Positions 11,101-23,689 of a stretch of DNA of 64,000 nt are shown piece after piece. Numbering within the stretch: the first letter of the stretch is position 1; each line of letters opens with the position of its first letter. This DNA comes from Schmidtea polychroa (taxonomy: Eukaryota). The DNA lies in NCBI GenBank assembly GCA_044892525.1, contig CM097888.1, positions 75,702,001 through 75,766,000 on the forward strand. Reading direction: 5' to 3'. The notes below the pieces were generated by a model, which was given only the letters and a program-made list of their open reading frames with translations, searched no databases and was not told the origin of the DNA. A program made the translations under genes and the position numbers.

Positions 11101-12137
11101 AAAAGCTGTTGTTAACTCATGAGCCTAAGAAAAACTATGTAGTTAATGGTAGAGTTTTGACAGAGTGGTTGAGTTACGGCGCAAAAGTCACAAAAGTTAA
11201 TCGTGCTGTAGAATTCAAGCAAGTGGCTATTTTCAAAGGTTATATTGATTACAATACCAAAATGAGAGCAGCTAGTACAGATTCGTTTCAGCGAGATTAT
11301 TATAAGTTAAAGAACAACAGTTTATACGGTAAAACTGTGGAAAACTTGAAGAAACGTATAAATTTGAGATTATGCAGCAAAAGCAAAAGATTGATAACTT
11401 ATTGTAGTAATCCTATGTTTCGTCGTAGCATCAAGATTGCGGATGATCTCATTGCTGTTATACTCAATAAGGAAATTGTGTGTTTAGATAGACCAATGTA
11501 TATTGGACAAACCGTACTTGATTTATCCAAACTTCGCATGTACCAGTTTCAATATAAAGAACTACAGAGTTATAGAGAAGAATTCAATTGTCAAATTAAT
11601 ATCGTAGCCGGTGACACAGATTCCTTCTTTTTAGAGTGTAAAAATGTAGATTTACGCTTACAACTATATCCAAAAATGATTGCCGATGGGCTCCTAGATA
11701 CTTCAAATTATCCAGTGACTGATCCATTGTTCTCAGATAAAATTTGTTCGGTAATCGGGAAATTCAAGGATGAGAATAAAGGAAATCAATATAAAGAATG
11801 GGTGTTTCTTCGACCCAAGTGCTACTCACTCCAAGGCGATAAAAACACTCTAAAAGCCAAAGGAATAAGACTTACAAACTCTAATCTTACACATGAAGCC
11901 TATAAAAAAGTGTATACTGATGGTGGAACAGTGAGCATCTCACAAAAAAGAATAGGAAGTGTCAATCATCAGTTGTATACTTTCATGACAGAAAAACGAG
12001 CTCTCCAATGTTTGGACGATAAAAGGTATTGGTACAATTGTAATGAAAGTTATGCCTACGGTCACTATAAGATTCGCCAAATGCATATTGCAACTGCTAT
12101 GTCTAGAAATGAATGCAAATCGAAACAAGCACTTTAA
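8160..12137 (+). CDS. polB: Protein-primed family B DNA polymerase (Polinton/Maverick type), spliced; terminal-protein-like region, vOTU-like protease, Zn finger, exonuclease with HNH/EndoVII insert, polymerase
   Basis: Motifs: ExoI VVYADFES, ExoII FHNLRGYD, ExoIII YLKLDVFLLADVFE, pol A YLDVNNLYGWA, pol B KLKNNSLYGK, pol C AGDTDS, LRPKCY, KAKGI; EndoVII-like CYLC..VRDHDHFTGQYLGAACQDCN; N-terminal SGWRI, GSSYIKTP, NNDQFCFLYSILA and NYHFLAVTNLDRLL. Manual splicing: exons 8160, 8211-8438, 8481-8537, 8579-9022, 9071-9232, 9276-9488, 9532-12137 = 3711 nt, one open frame. The core from 9532 is certain; the upstream exons are inferred from GT-AG sites that keep the frame. Confidence 0.9.
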
Positions 12138-12156
12138 CAATTAAATTTATGTGAAT

Positions 12157-12162
12157 AATAAA
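12157..12162 (+). terminator. Candidate polyadenylation signal of polB
   Basis: AATAAA 20 bp after the TAA at 12135-12137; weak evidence in AT-rich DNA. Confidence 0.35.
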
Positions 12163-12462
12163 ATATATATTGTGAATTGTTTGACTTAGTTAATTAAAAT
12201 GTGTTTTATCATTTAATTATTCATTTGTCCAATTAATTTAGATAATTAGTTTCAAGTAAGAAATATTATTTTTGTGTTTATTTTATTTATTTATTTATTT
12301 TTTCCGAAATATTAATATCCAGTTTATCTAAAATTAACTCAGCGTTTTATTTTATAATAAATTAAATAATTTCTAATTAAAATTTATTCAAATTGAATAA
12401 TTACTAATTAAAATTTTATTCAAATTGAAATATTATCGTTATAATTTACCTCTTGTTAGAAT

Positions 12463-12606
12463 NNNNNNNNNNNNNNNNNNNNNNNNNNNNNNNNNNNNNN
12501 NNNNNNNNNNNNNNNNNNNNNNNNNNNNNNNNNNNNNNNNNNNNNNNNNNNNNNNNNNNNNNNNNNNNNNNNNNNNNNNNNNNNNNNNNNNNNNNNNNNN
12601 NNNNNN
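12463..12606. other. Assembly gap ending the right arm region (other gaps: 13481-13667, 14203-14439, 44355-44525, 57074-57208)
   Basis: Runs of N. Confidence 0.99.
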
Positions 12607-13003
12607 AATAAAATAATTAATTAAGAAAATTAAAAAGAAAAAAAAAATAGAAGTAATTAAATAAAATTAAAAAATAAATAAATTAATTAAAAAAAAAAAA
12701 TAAATAAAATAAAAAAAAAAAAAAATAATAATAATAATAATAATTAAATAGCGTAAGTAATTAAAATAAAATATTAATAAACTAATAAATTAATTAAATG
12801 TAATAAATTAAAATAAAACATAATAAAATAATTAATTAATAAAATTAAAATGAAAAAAAAAAAAAAAAAAAAAAAATTAAAAAGAAGTAATTAAATAAAA
12901 TGTTAATTAAAAAAAAATGATTCGATTGACCTATATTTGATCTGGACATTGGGATGACCTTGAAAGTGTCCTGGAGTCCTTACTATTCACTACTTATATT
13001 ATA

Positions 13004-13480
13004 CTAGCTGAGGCCCCGATATTAGTCAAGATAATTTGATAGTATGTATCTCACCGAAGGGTCAACAATGTCACTGGAATTATTGTCTAGTTAATGATAT
13101 TTTCTGTATTATTAGTTACTTTTACTAAAATATACAGTTGAAATAAATTTATTTTTTCATCACAATGCAGTTTGATATACAATATTTCGAGTTTTACCGT
13201 CAGGAGCAAAAACTTACAAATTCTTCCCAGTTCCTATTCTTGAACACGACACATACAATTGACCATGGGAAAAGCAAGGAGTTCCTAGATTAATACCAGT
13301 AACTTTAAATGATTGACCTTGAGCTTTATTAATAGATATTGCAAAAGCAAGACACATTGGAAACTGAAGACGCTTAAACTCAAACGGCATATCATTAGGA
13401 AACATGGGAATTCTTGGTATAATGCCGTTCTTAATATCGAAATACCTTACTAAAATTGGAGAAAGTTTTATTTTAGTGTG
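13004..13480 (-). mobile_element. Helitron 3' remnant: PIF1-type helicase C-terminus and CTAG end
   Basis: [38 protein letters not shown]...[13 protein letters not shown] matches Helitron helicase motifs. A GC-rich subterminal segment ends CTAG|T at 13004-13007. Confidence 0.85.
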
Positions 13481-13848
13481 NNNNNNNNNNNNNNNNNNNN
13501 NNNNNNNNNNNNNNNNNNNNNNNNNNNNNNNNNNNNNNNNNNNNNNNNNNNNNNNNNNNNNNNNNNNNNNNNNNNNNNNNNNNNNNNNNNNNNNNNNNNN
13601 NNNNNNNNNNNNNNNNNNNNNNNNNNNNNNNNNNNNNNNNNNNNNNNNNNNNNNNNNNNNNNNNNNNTTTCTAGGAGAGCTACATTCACATCCAAAATGT
13701 GTATGCGATACTTACATAATATTTACCTACAATGCAATAAATTCATCACAATAAAACAAATATATGTCAAAATATGGAAAATTAAAGTATATAACTATTT
13801 ATTATAAAAAAATGTAACTTAGGAAATCAAATTTAATGAAAATTATTT

Positions 13849-14202
13849 TTATATAGAACTTTTCGATGTTGATGCTCTACATTGGGTTGAATCCACTAGA
13901 TTTTTGTAGTTTGGGATATAAGTGCTAAGACAACTTCTTAGGCTGGATTCCAAATGGTCATCTGTTAATGTTGCTCGGTACTTTGACTTTATAATTTTCA
14001 TATGTAAAAAAGCAGACTCACATAAATAAGTTGAACCAAAAAATGATACTAAATTTTCGAAGCATTTTTTCAAGATTGAATATTTATCCTCTAAGCATAA
14101 AACAGACATTTTATATAAAATCTAAAGTTATATAAAAAAAATTTTTTTTATGAAGATCTAATAAAAAATCCTTCGCGATCTACCGGTAGATCGCGATCGA
14201 CC
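13849..14202 (-). mobile_element. hAT (SPIN/Charlie/GTF2IRD2-like) transposase C-terminal remnant with subterminal palindrome
   Basis: FGSTYLCESAFLHMKIIKSKYRATLTDDHLESSLR is the hAT dimerisation-domain pattern; palindromic CGCGATCTACCGGTAGATCGCG at ~14175-14196. Confidence 0.8.
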
Positions 14203-14439
14203 NNNNNNNNNNNNNNNNNNNNNNNNNNNNNNNNNNNNNNNNNNNNNNNNNNNNNNNNNNNNNNNNNNNNNNNNNNNNNNNNNNNNNNNNNNNNNNNNNN
14301 NNNNNNNNNNNNNNNNNNNNNNNNNNNNNNNNNNNNNNNNNNNNNNNNNNNNNNNNNNNNNNNNNNNNNNNNNNNNNNNNNNNNNNNNNNNNNNNNNNNN
14401 NNNNNNNNNNNNNNNNNNNNNNNNNNNNNNNNNNNNNNN

Positions 14440-14926
14440 TGATAGCATTTTCTTGCAGTATTCATTAAATAGTATTCATTAGTAGCACAGTCCATGCTGC
14501 GAAAACTTTGATTATGGATTATTGTGTGAAAAGCGAAAGTACCCTCCATAACTGCCAATTTTTTTTCATTAGTTCCAAAAGTATTCCCTTTAAAAAATGT
14601 TGTCAGTTTGGATGTTGACGCTGCTGTGTCATGAGGCGTTTTATGTACTTTAGTTTTAATGTGTGCCGTTATTGCACTACGTCCATGAATTGCAATTGAA
14701 AATTCCCTATTGCAGATTGTGCATTTAACCAAGGAGTCACTGTCAAAATAATTTTAAATATTTAATTAATAAAATTGAAATAAAATAATCTAAAAAAATG
14801 TTTTAGAAATATAAGTGAGTACAAAATTATACAAATGAGTACTTTCAGAGTACAGGATTTGAAAAGAGTACGGTTTGCGAAAAAAAGAGTACAAATCTCA
14901 GTAAATGAGTATAGTTGGTCACCTTA
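14440..14926 (-). mobile_element. hAT-like transposase 5' remnant (Zn finger) with TAAGGTGACCA terminus
   Basis: VKCTICNREFSIAIHGRSAITAHIKTKVH followed by EGTFAFHTIIHNQSFRSMDC; the terminus resembles the TAGGGTGACCA hAT ends. Confidence 0.65.
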
Positions 14927-16963
14927 CTATAAGTTGAGAAATTTAGTTCTATTTCCAGGATAACGAAAGGGGTCTTCGACGTATACTCAGGAGGCAAATA
15001 ATATGGGAGAATTCCAGACCGACTCGGCGACTATTCAACATTACGAAAATGAATTATAATATTAAACCCTATTGTTTATTTAAGTTGTCATTATTTTGTA
15101 ATCATTATTCAAGCAAAATCACATTTCAACAAGTTACTAGTTAAATATAAATCGAAATAAAATATACTTCTGTCATAATTTTACAAAATATAAACTTCTA
15201 CAATATTCTTTTTCATGCACCGACTGCGAATATCTTTATTATCGCTTGCCCAAACTTCCGCCAAAACAAATAAAATATCGAGCCATGCATAAACGAAGAT
15301 TACGGACACAATAATAACATACAACTCTCTTTGACTGTCATCATCATGGCTCATATTTCAAACATCGTATCAACATGATGACAGGTAATTGATTTATTAA
15401 TGTATTTTTCCTTAGTTTTAAAAAATATAATAAAATACTTAGCAATATGACCGAATTGAAGAGGAAGCGAACGTCGTACGAAGGGGGTTATAAATTGAAA
15501 GTTGTTGAGTATGCACAACTTCATGGGAATTCTAATGCAATGCGTGAGTTTGATGTGAATGAAAAGCTTCTACGTAACTGGCGGAAAACAAAGGAGACAT
15601 TTATTGACATGCCAAAGACAAAACGTGCTTGACGTGGGAATGTGTCTTCATTTCCGATATTAGAAGTGGAATTGAATGAGTGGATCCTGTCTCAGTCGTT
15701 ACACGTGATGCCATTCATTTTCGAGCTGCTCAGTTGAAGAAAACCGACAAATACAAGGATATACTCGGTATGGCTACTTTTTTTGCATTGGCGGGATGGT
15801 GTTCCCGCTTCATGGATATTCATTCCTTGACACTGCGGCAGTGAACTAAGATAGTTCAAAACTTGCCAGCAGTGCTAGAAGAAAAGATTGCTTCATTCAA
15901 GCAGAGAAAACAACATGGCTATGCTTTATCAGAGATTGGAAACATGGACTGTGAATCGCCCATTACCTTTGATTTGCCGCCAAATAAAACAGTGAACCTC
16001 TCAGGCACCAAAACTGTTTTAAGACAACAGGCCATGAAAAGACTCGATTCACAGTAGTGCTGGCATGCATGGCTGATGGTACGAAATTAAAACCTGTCGT
16101 CATTTCCAAGCGGAAAACTTTACCAAAAGGTATCAAATTTATATCAGGTTTCATTGTTCAGGCTCACCCCAAAGGCTGGATGGACGAAGCAGAAACGGCT
16201 GCATCATGTTTGGAACACTCGACCTGGAACAATGATGAACAAACGTTCTATGCTTATTTGGGATATGTTCCGTGCTCACGTCACTGAATCTTGAAGTAAA
16301 ACTGCTCGCGATCTACGAACAGACATGGCTGTAATTCCGAGTGGTCTGGCGTCAGTGCTACAACCGCTTGACGTGTGTCTTAACAAACTATTGAAGGACA
16401 GCCTACATAAGATGTGAATAGATGACCTCTGATTCAGCGACTCTCACAAATTGTGGAAATATTATGAAGCCGGTCATCACAGTTGTGTTCAATTGGGTCA
16501 GGGAGGCGTGGGAAGAAATGGTGCGAAAGTCATTCCTGAAATGTGGAATCTCGAACACAATGAACGGCTCACAAGATGATACACTTTACCAAAATTGAGT
16601 TTAAACCGAGACCGAAAGTGATGACGATAATAATGATGCAGAGTTCACAAAAAAACAATATGATGAACTCTTTAACAAAACAAATGATGATAAAGAGTTT
16701 TTAGGATTTTAAATTATATTTTAATTGCATTTTTTTGAATATACTTCCCTTACTTACTATTTTTATACTATACAAACCGGAAGTTATTGATTTGTATTAA
16801 CATGTTGGTATTTTTTTTATTAAAAGTAGATATTAACCTTTTATTTAATAAGTTCGATTTTTTGTTTCGACTTATATTCGGGTCATTGATTTTAGACCCT
16901 ATTTTCTACCAAAAATTACACTTCGACTTATACTTGAATCGACTTATAGTCGAGTATATACTG
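14927..16963 (+). mobile_element. Decayed pogo-family (Tc1/mariner superfamily) DNA transposon
   Basis: Brinker-like DBD KRTSYEGGYKLKVVEYA..GNSNAMREFDVNEKLLRNWRK; DDE_1 fragments IGNMD, LACMADGTKLKPVVI and KGWMD; many stops and frameshifts; 3' end CGACTTATAGTCGAGTATATACTG|TA. The 5' boundary is tentative. Confidence 0.8.
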
Positions 16964-17023
16964 TAATATCCTGTATACGTAAAAAATCTATTAGTAATTA
17001 AAATTATTTATGGTTATTCTTAA

Positions 17024-17095
17024 CCGTTTGCGGACGGTAGGCCAGCAGTACTGGCCTTAAATGGTTTATACGATACGAATTCCGTCCGCAAACGG
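17024..17095. mobile_element. 72-bp piggyBac-type MITE
   Basis: TTAA target sites at 17020-17023 and 17096-17099; 14-bp TIR CCGTTTGCGGACGG. Confidence 0.85.
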
Positions 17096-20000
17096 TTAAT
17101 ATTTTAAGAGGTTTTAAATATTTTAATCGCTACTGCTTGTACAACAAACTTCTAGTTACATTTAGTTTGGTCGACATATCTTATTTCAGGACCATTACAT
17201 CCAACGAGGAATCTGTTTTCTCAAACAATGCCATCGTTTTTACTGTTTCAATCTTTGAATATTGGTTTTGTAAAAAATAATGAATTATTTATTGATAGTT
17301 GTCAATTTGACATTGAAAATTTTATTCCATTTATCATATTAACTCCATTTCTTATCATTGTGAATAATTAATATGATAGTTTGTATAGAATAGTCTTTGA
17401 AACGCTTTACTTATCTGGAAATCTTTATTCCACATTATTTTATACATTTGTTTAACCTCAATCATATTATCACAGCATTCATCGACAAATTTTGAAAAAA
17501 ACGGGACAATGAAAACCTAAGTACATTCAGAGACTTATCAACTTCTACTCGAAGTCAATTTAGGCCACCGATTTTCAAAAGACGTTTAAATTTAAGATAA
17601 ACTATTCAGAGAAGCCAAAATCTACGTAGAGCTAAATTGGTCGTAATCAATTAAACCAATAAAAAGGTTAATTGCCGATTATTCGGATACTATAAATGGA
17701 GTAACCACTGGATGTTTAATCAGTGCCTCGTATAGATGATTTAATTTCAAAAATTGCTTAAAACAAGATCTTTAATAAAATAAATTTCAAAAACATATAT
17801 CGTCAAGTTAGAGTTTGTCTGAAAGACTACAAACTGACTGCTTTTGAGGTTTCCTGTCAATTTCATAAATTCACGAAACAACCCTTTGTAATTATCAATG
17901 CAAATTTTTGTAATACTTGACAGCAATTCAAGATGATTTTAGTCGATAGTTTCCTTAACTCTAATAATTTATATGGTTATTTTACACTAAACGAGCTCTT
18001 GAAATTGGTCAAGTGGGAACAATAACAGTTCCAAATATTTTGTTTCTGCTAAGAAATTACAAAAGAAAGTATTCTGAAGTTGTAGAACTATTACTGCGCA
18101 GGGATAATTAAGAAAAGTGAATAAAATTTTTGATTCTGTTGACATTATTAAATAAATTACATTTATTATCAAAGAAAAAAATCAGCGATTACGTTGATAA
18201 TTTTAATATGAAATACATTCAAATTTCCAATCTATTGTTTTTGGTAAATTACTAAACGTACTGAATCACAAGCAAGAAATATATTTTACATGCAAAATTT
18301 TGACTCTTGATATGGCCAGTATCCAAAAGTTACAGAAAGGGCTATCCGTGCGTTGATTTCATTTGAATGAACATTTTACCGCAAGTCAGACTTTTCTACT
18401 TTAATGCAAATGAAAACTAATAAAGTTGAAAAAAACCTATGTAGTGTCTTGTGAAACACTTCTATGGGCATTCAAAAATTTTCGAAAAAACAACTTTCTC
18501 ATTAATTTTGATATTGTATTTTATTTAAATTTTGTTTGTTGATGTTATAAAATGAGTCTCGCTTTCATTAAAATTTTAAAATCAATAAATATTTTCAATT
18601 CACAAAACTCTTTTATCAAAATATTCCAAGTAAAATATACTAAAATTTTCAGTATTATACCGGTTTACAACGATCTCATTATGAAACGATTTAAATTTAC
18701 AAGTCACCATTCAGACTATTTAAATTTTTTATCCCAATTTTTACTTTACTTTAGACTAGTTATGTGAAAATTTTACAACAGACCAATGATAATTTAGTAA
18801 TTAAAAATGTTTTTTAACATCGGATAACAACTCACAATTTTAAATTTTGTCAATGACCAATGTAAATAAATATTATTTTTCAAAGTCAAATGCTTTTTCA
18901 CAATTAATTAAAAGCAAGCAAATTTAATCATTACATGACTATTTAATTTACCCTATCAAATGAATGATAAATCGACAAAAATGTATTATATTTTATTCAA
19001 TATCTCAAAAATTCTACAAACTAAATAATAAAACATAATTTTCAAGGCACACTACTGAAAATCGTAATGAATGCAATGAAGAGTGTGAAAATATTACTTT
19101 TCACAATCAACACCGACATGCGACATAAAATACTGTAATCATGGTTATCGTGTATAAAAATTTTGGTAAGGCAATAAAATATCACATCAGAACAATTTTT
19201 TTTCATTTATCTTCAAATTCCACGGGTATTCATTAATATGTTTACTTAAAAAGTAATTCTAGAAAGTTATCGGCTAGTTGAACAATATCATTTAACACAA
19301 TAAATACAATGCAAAATATAAATAATATATATTACATAATTTTACTCAATTACCTGAAATGAATTCTGTAATAGTAATCACTTCACCGTTCATTTAATTT
19401 CCATTGTTTTTAAAAATGAGACGAAAGTAAATTCAAATTAATTTTTCACTAATATTTAAACAACTTTATTTTGATCAAATTTACGGTTGAAATTTTTTGT
19501 TGAAAAAAATAATTTTAAGCGGATAATGTACTAGGCATTCAATAATTTTCGAAGAAAAAACTACTTTTTTATTAATTTTGATCTTGTATTCTATTTGAAT
19601 TTCGTGTGTTTATGTTATGAATATAAAATGACTTTCGCTTTCATTCAAATTTTAAAATCAATAAATATTTTCAATTCACAAAACTATTATCACAATATTC
19701 CAAATAACATATACTAAAATTTTTTGGAGCAGAGCTATTCAATTAGATTAAGTCAAGGGCCAAGCTATAGAAATCTGGATATGATGGTGGGCAAGGAGTT
19801 CAGAGGATGGGTTTGAAGAGATGGACTGATGAACACATCCAATAAATTTTTTTAAACGATACATGTGCAATGATGGATTTTTGAAGCTTTTAAAAGTGAA
19901 TTAAAAATTTTAAATGTACATTATAGAAATTTGATCAATGTGGAAAATTGGTTGAAATGTATATTGTTGGGCTGAAACCGAAAATTGAGAGCTTGTTTTA

Positions 20001-22229
20001 ATGGATCGGAAATACCTAACATCAAAACCACACAAAGTTGAATAAAATTTATGATCAAGGTTTAATATAAAATAAAAAAAAATACATAACACATTAAGGA
20101 ATCAATAAAACCCGTATAATAGAACAAAGAAATAAATAAATTTAAAAAAAAATTGAAACTAAAAATTTCGATGGAAAAATAATAAAATGTAAAATAGAAT
20201 TAGTGGAAAATTATTTAAACTATAAAATTTATAAAATTAAATCGTTGAAATAATAAAATTAGTCAACATTATGTAAATTATAGAGTTTATAGAATTAAAT
20301 GGTTAGAATTATATAACTTATGAAATTTATAGAATCAAAGTGTTTAAATTAATAAAAATTAAAATAAAATTAACCAAAATTATTTAAATTATAAAATTTA
20401 TAAAATTGAATTATTAAAATTAATAAAAAATTAAATAATTAATTAATTAAATCAGTTAAATTAAAAAATAAATAATTGCACACACTCATGCATGCAGCAT
20501 GCATGCAAAAGTAATTAAAATTCTACTGCATTCTAATTGGATACAGTTGCAAAAAATGCGTAGGCATATAATCAAAATCGGTATAAATACCGATGAAAAA
20601 TTCAGTTAGAAAGTTAGTTTTCACTTGGAATTAGACTGATTTTCAGACAGTGTAAACACTAGTTTTGACATTCAATATTAGCTCTCAGTTTTGCGGTCTA
20701 TGTCATCGGGTAAGATTGAATTAAATTTGGTAATTTTATGTATTGTAAATTATGTAATGTTATAAGCTAATAAAATTTTATATACAATTTGGTTTAGTTA
20801 ATTGTTAATTTTTGTCTGTTCTTTTTATTATCTACTTCTAAGTTTTAATATTTAATGTTTACACGAATGGTGCTTTATACGACTTTTATATTTTTATCAG
20901 TGCAACCAGATCGGAATACGTTTGTAAACTGTTGGCACTCGTGCTGATGGATAGCGAATATTGAAGAGTTTGGAGCATTGTTTTGAATAGAAATAGCAGA
21001 GGACGGGTTCGTTTCAGTTGGACATAAGTTGGAATTGAAAATACAGGCAGATCCCTGCTCAAATATTTTTGAAGACCAAGTTGAATCTTTACAGGTACTG
21101 CAAAGCATAAGGGATGATATTTATTAACTGGGAAATAAAATGTCTACAAATATTACAGAAAACATGTAATAACTTATAAATGGGAAAATAAAGTCGGATC
21201 CCTGCGTGTAATCTTGGAAGATAACATTAGAAAACATATAGTAACGAGGACCACAATTAAATGAATACATGAAAATACTCTAACAATAGAATAGATAAGG
21301 AATTATGACGTAAGACCTTCTAACGACAGTTTAGAATCCGAAACGAAAATATAATGAGGAGTAGTTTTAGCAATAGAGCTCACCTGCTCATTGTTTTTCA
21401 ACCATTGTGTACAGCACAAACATGTTCGTCGTCATGGGTACACAGATGGCATAAAGATAATAGTCATGAAGGAAGGAGTCAATTCAACATCTATAAATGC
21501 CCTTGACACATTTAAAAATAAAATGACACACCCCTAAGCGACCAACAATATAATAGATATAAAATTCTAATAATTAAAATTCTAATAATTCAAAAACATA
21601 GATTTAAAAAATTCTTAAAACTTTGGCATAAGTCCACGGGTCAGTTATCAGGCCAAATTTGGCCCTTGGGCCACAAATTGTATAGTCAATGTACAGTTAT
21701 CACAAACATAAATTTTAGTTGCAGAAAAAGACTTATTTCATACAATCAGAAGAACTAGGAACGTCTCGATAAGGTTAGGGTAACAATGTTTTCTGGAGTA
21801 CAATCCTGGATATCTGTGTTTGTAATTTTAAAAAAATAGCTTTAAAAATTATTCCTAATGAAACAAATGCTAATACAAAATATTTCTCGACTGAACTTTC
21901 TCACGTGTGTTTAGGATTAACGTAAACAAAAGCAATTGGTGCTTAGGCAAAATGTCATAAGCTAGTAAATAATGATTGAAAGTTGGATGGAGGGGATATT
22001 TGAACTCGGAAAAAACCCGTACCATTTTATCGATTCCCAAATATGAAGACGACATCTAATGTCAATATAAAGTTCTGAAAATCATTCGATCTGTTTGTGA
22101 AAATATAACAAACTAATTTTATATTGCTAGTATACAAATCTCTAAAACCGCGTACATTTTCATGGTATATATATTTGTACGAGAAGTGGAGCTAGAATCC
22201 GGGATGAATGGTCACTCTAGATAATATAT

Positions 22230-23135
22230 CAAATCCGTGGTGGAAAGGTGTCTAGAAGGTAAATATATCGATCCATTACCTGTTATATGATAACATAGAA
22301 CACTTGATGTTCGAATGAACTGAAAATACGAGTGATGGATCCAATGGGTTTACAATATGGCTGAAACTGGAGTGAAAAGAATCTTTTTTTGTGAACCGTA
22401 GAGAATCAGAAAAAACGCCTGAATTTGCGGCTATGCAATTCGGCTTCTAGGCTAATTACATATACATCTAAACTAACGTTTAAAAGGACTTATGAAATTG
22501 ACAATGACTTAGTATCAGTCTTGCTAAATAAGAAAGCTATTTGTTTAGATAGAACCAGCTACATTGGCCAAACGTACTTGATCTATTGAAACTTAGAATG
22601 TATCAGCTGCAGTATGAAGAGTTACAAAAATATTGTAACGAATTCAACTGTAAAATTAATATCGTTGCAGGTGATACGGATTCATTTTTCCTTGAAGTAA
22701 TAATTTGTAAGGTTGATGTTCTTTTACCAGCCATGATCCGGGATAATTTACTAGACACTTCTAATTATGATCCAATTCATCTCTTATACAGTAAGAACCT
22801 TGATTCTGTCGTTGGAAAGTCCAAAGACGAGAATAAAGGACTTAAATATAAGGATTGGGTTTTTCTTAGGCCTAAATATTATAGTTTGTTAGGTGATGAC
22901 GAGAGTAAAAACGCTAAAGGAGTAACATTGAAAGGTAGTGACATAAAACATCAGTCGTACATGGATTGTCATAATACTAACCAAATTTTTTCTATACCGC
23001 AAACTGGAATAACTAGCAAAAATCACCAGCTATTCACCTTAAAAAAATGAAAAACTACACTTATCAACGCAGATGATAAAAGAGTTTGGATGGGGAAAAA
23101 TAAAAGTTATGCATATGGGCATTATATGGGAGGTG
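22230..23135 (+). pseudogene. Decayed, divergent pPolB C-terminal half
   Basis: Fragments KSVVERCLEG; TVENQKKRLNLRLCNSASRLITY..LNKKAICLDRTSYIGQT; KLRMYQLQY..IVAGDTDSFFLE..FLRPKYYSL; DDKRVW..SYAYGHY. All align to the intact polymerase, with frameshifts and an internal deletion. Confidence 0.88.
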
Positions 23136-23689
23136 ACTCATTTGCTGTTTAATAATTCGATCCGGATCCATCATAGTCCCAACTCAAAGAAACAGCTGAA
23201 GATATACCGGATGTTATTTAAATAAATCTTTGTTAAAAAATTTGTTTTTATTGATTTTTTTGAATTAAATGTATAATAAGTTTAACTAATATATTTTGAA
23301 CATTTTTGTCTCAGTTTTCGTAAATTAGTAAAAAAGAGTATTAAGAATAACAGAGAAGAATTAATAATTTAAATATAAACTAAAATAAATTAAATTAAAT
23401 AATAAAATAAAAAAATAAAATTATAATAATTAATTAATTAAATAAAAATAATGAAATTAAATGAAATAATTAATGAAAATATTTGTTAACTTCTGATTAA
23501 TTATTGAGTAATAAGGGGGGTACCAAATTGCTACCTACTGTGAATTTTAAAGATTGTAATAAACCAATTATACGTTGGGTATTGTTATTAGTTATTAGTT
23601 TATAGAACACGAGTAGTCATAGGCACCAACTATTAGGGGTTAATAATTATAAAACCCAACAATTCAAATACCAAATACTCACACAGAAA

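Larger units (their letters stand above)
1..12217. repeat. Large inverted duplication (palindrome); arms 1-5929 and 6289-12217, spacer 5930-6288
   Basis: All paired ORF coordinates sum to 12218 (81+12137, 2669+9549, 3571+8647). Both arms end at a CCCGGG (5924-5929 and 6289-6294). Spot checks, including an A10/T10 homopolymer, are identical. The left arm runs to the window edge. Confidence 0.97.

Noticed and set aside
12607-12910. Nearly pure A/T tract (similar tracts at 20200-20460 and 23370-23470)
   Set aside because: Ordinary low complexity for this genome, partly next to gaps.
12425-14448. ORFs running through N gaps
   Set aside because: Artefacts of translating N as X; only the flanking Helitron and hAT fragments are supported.
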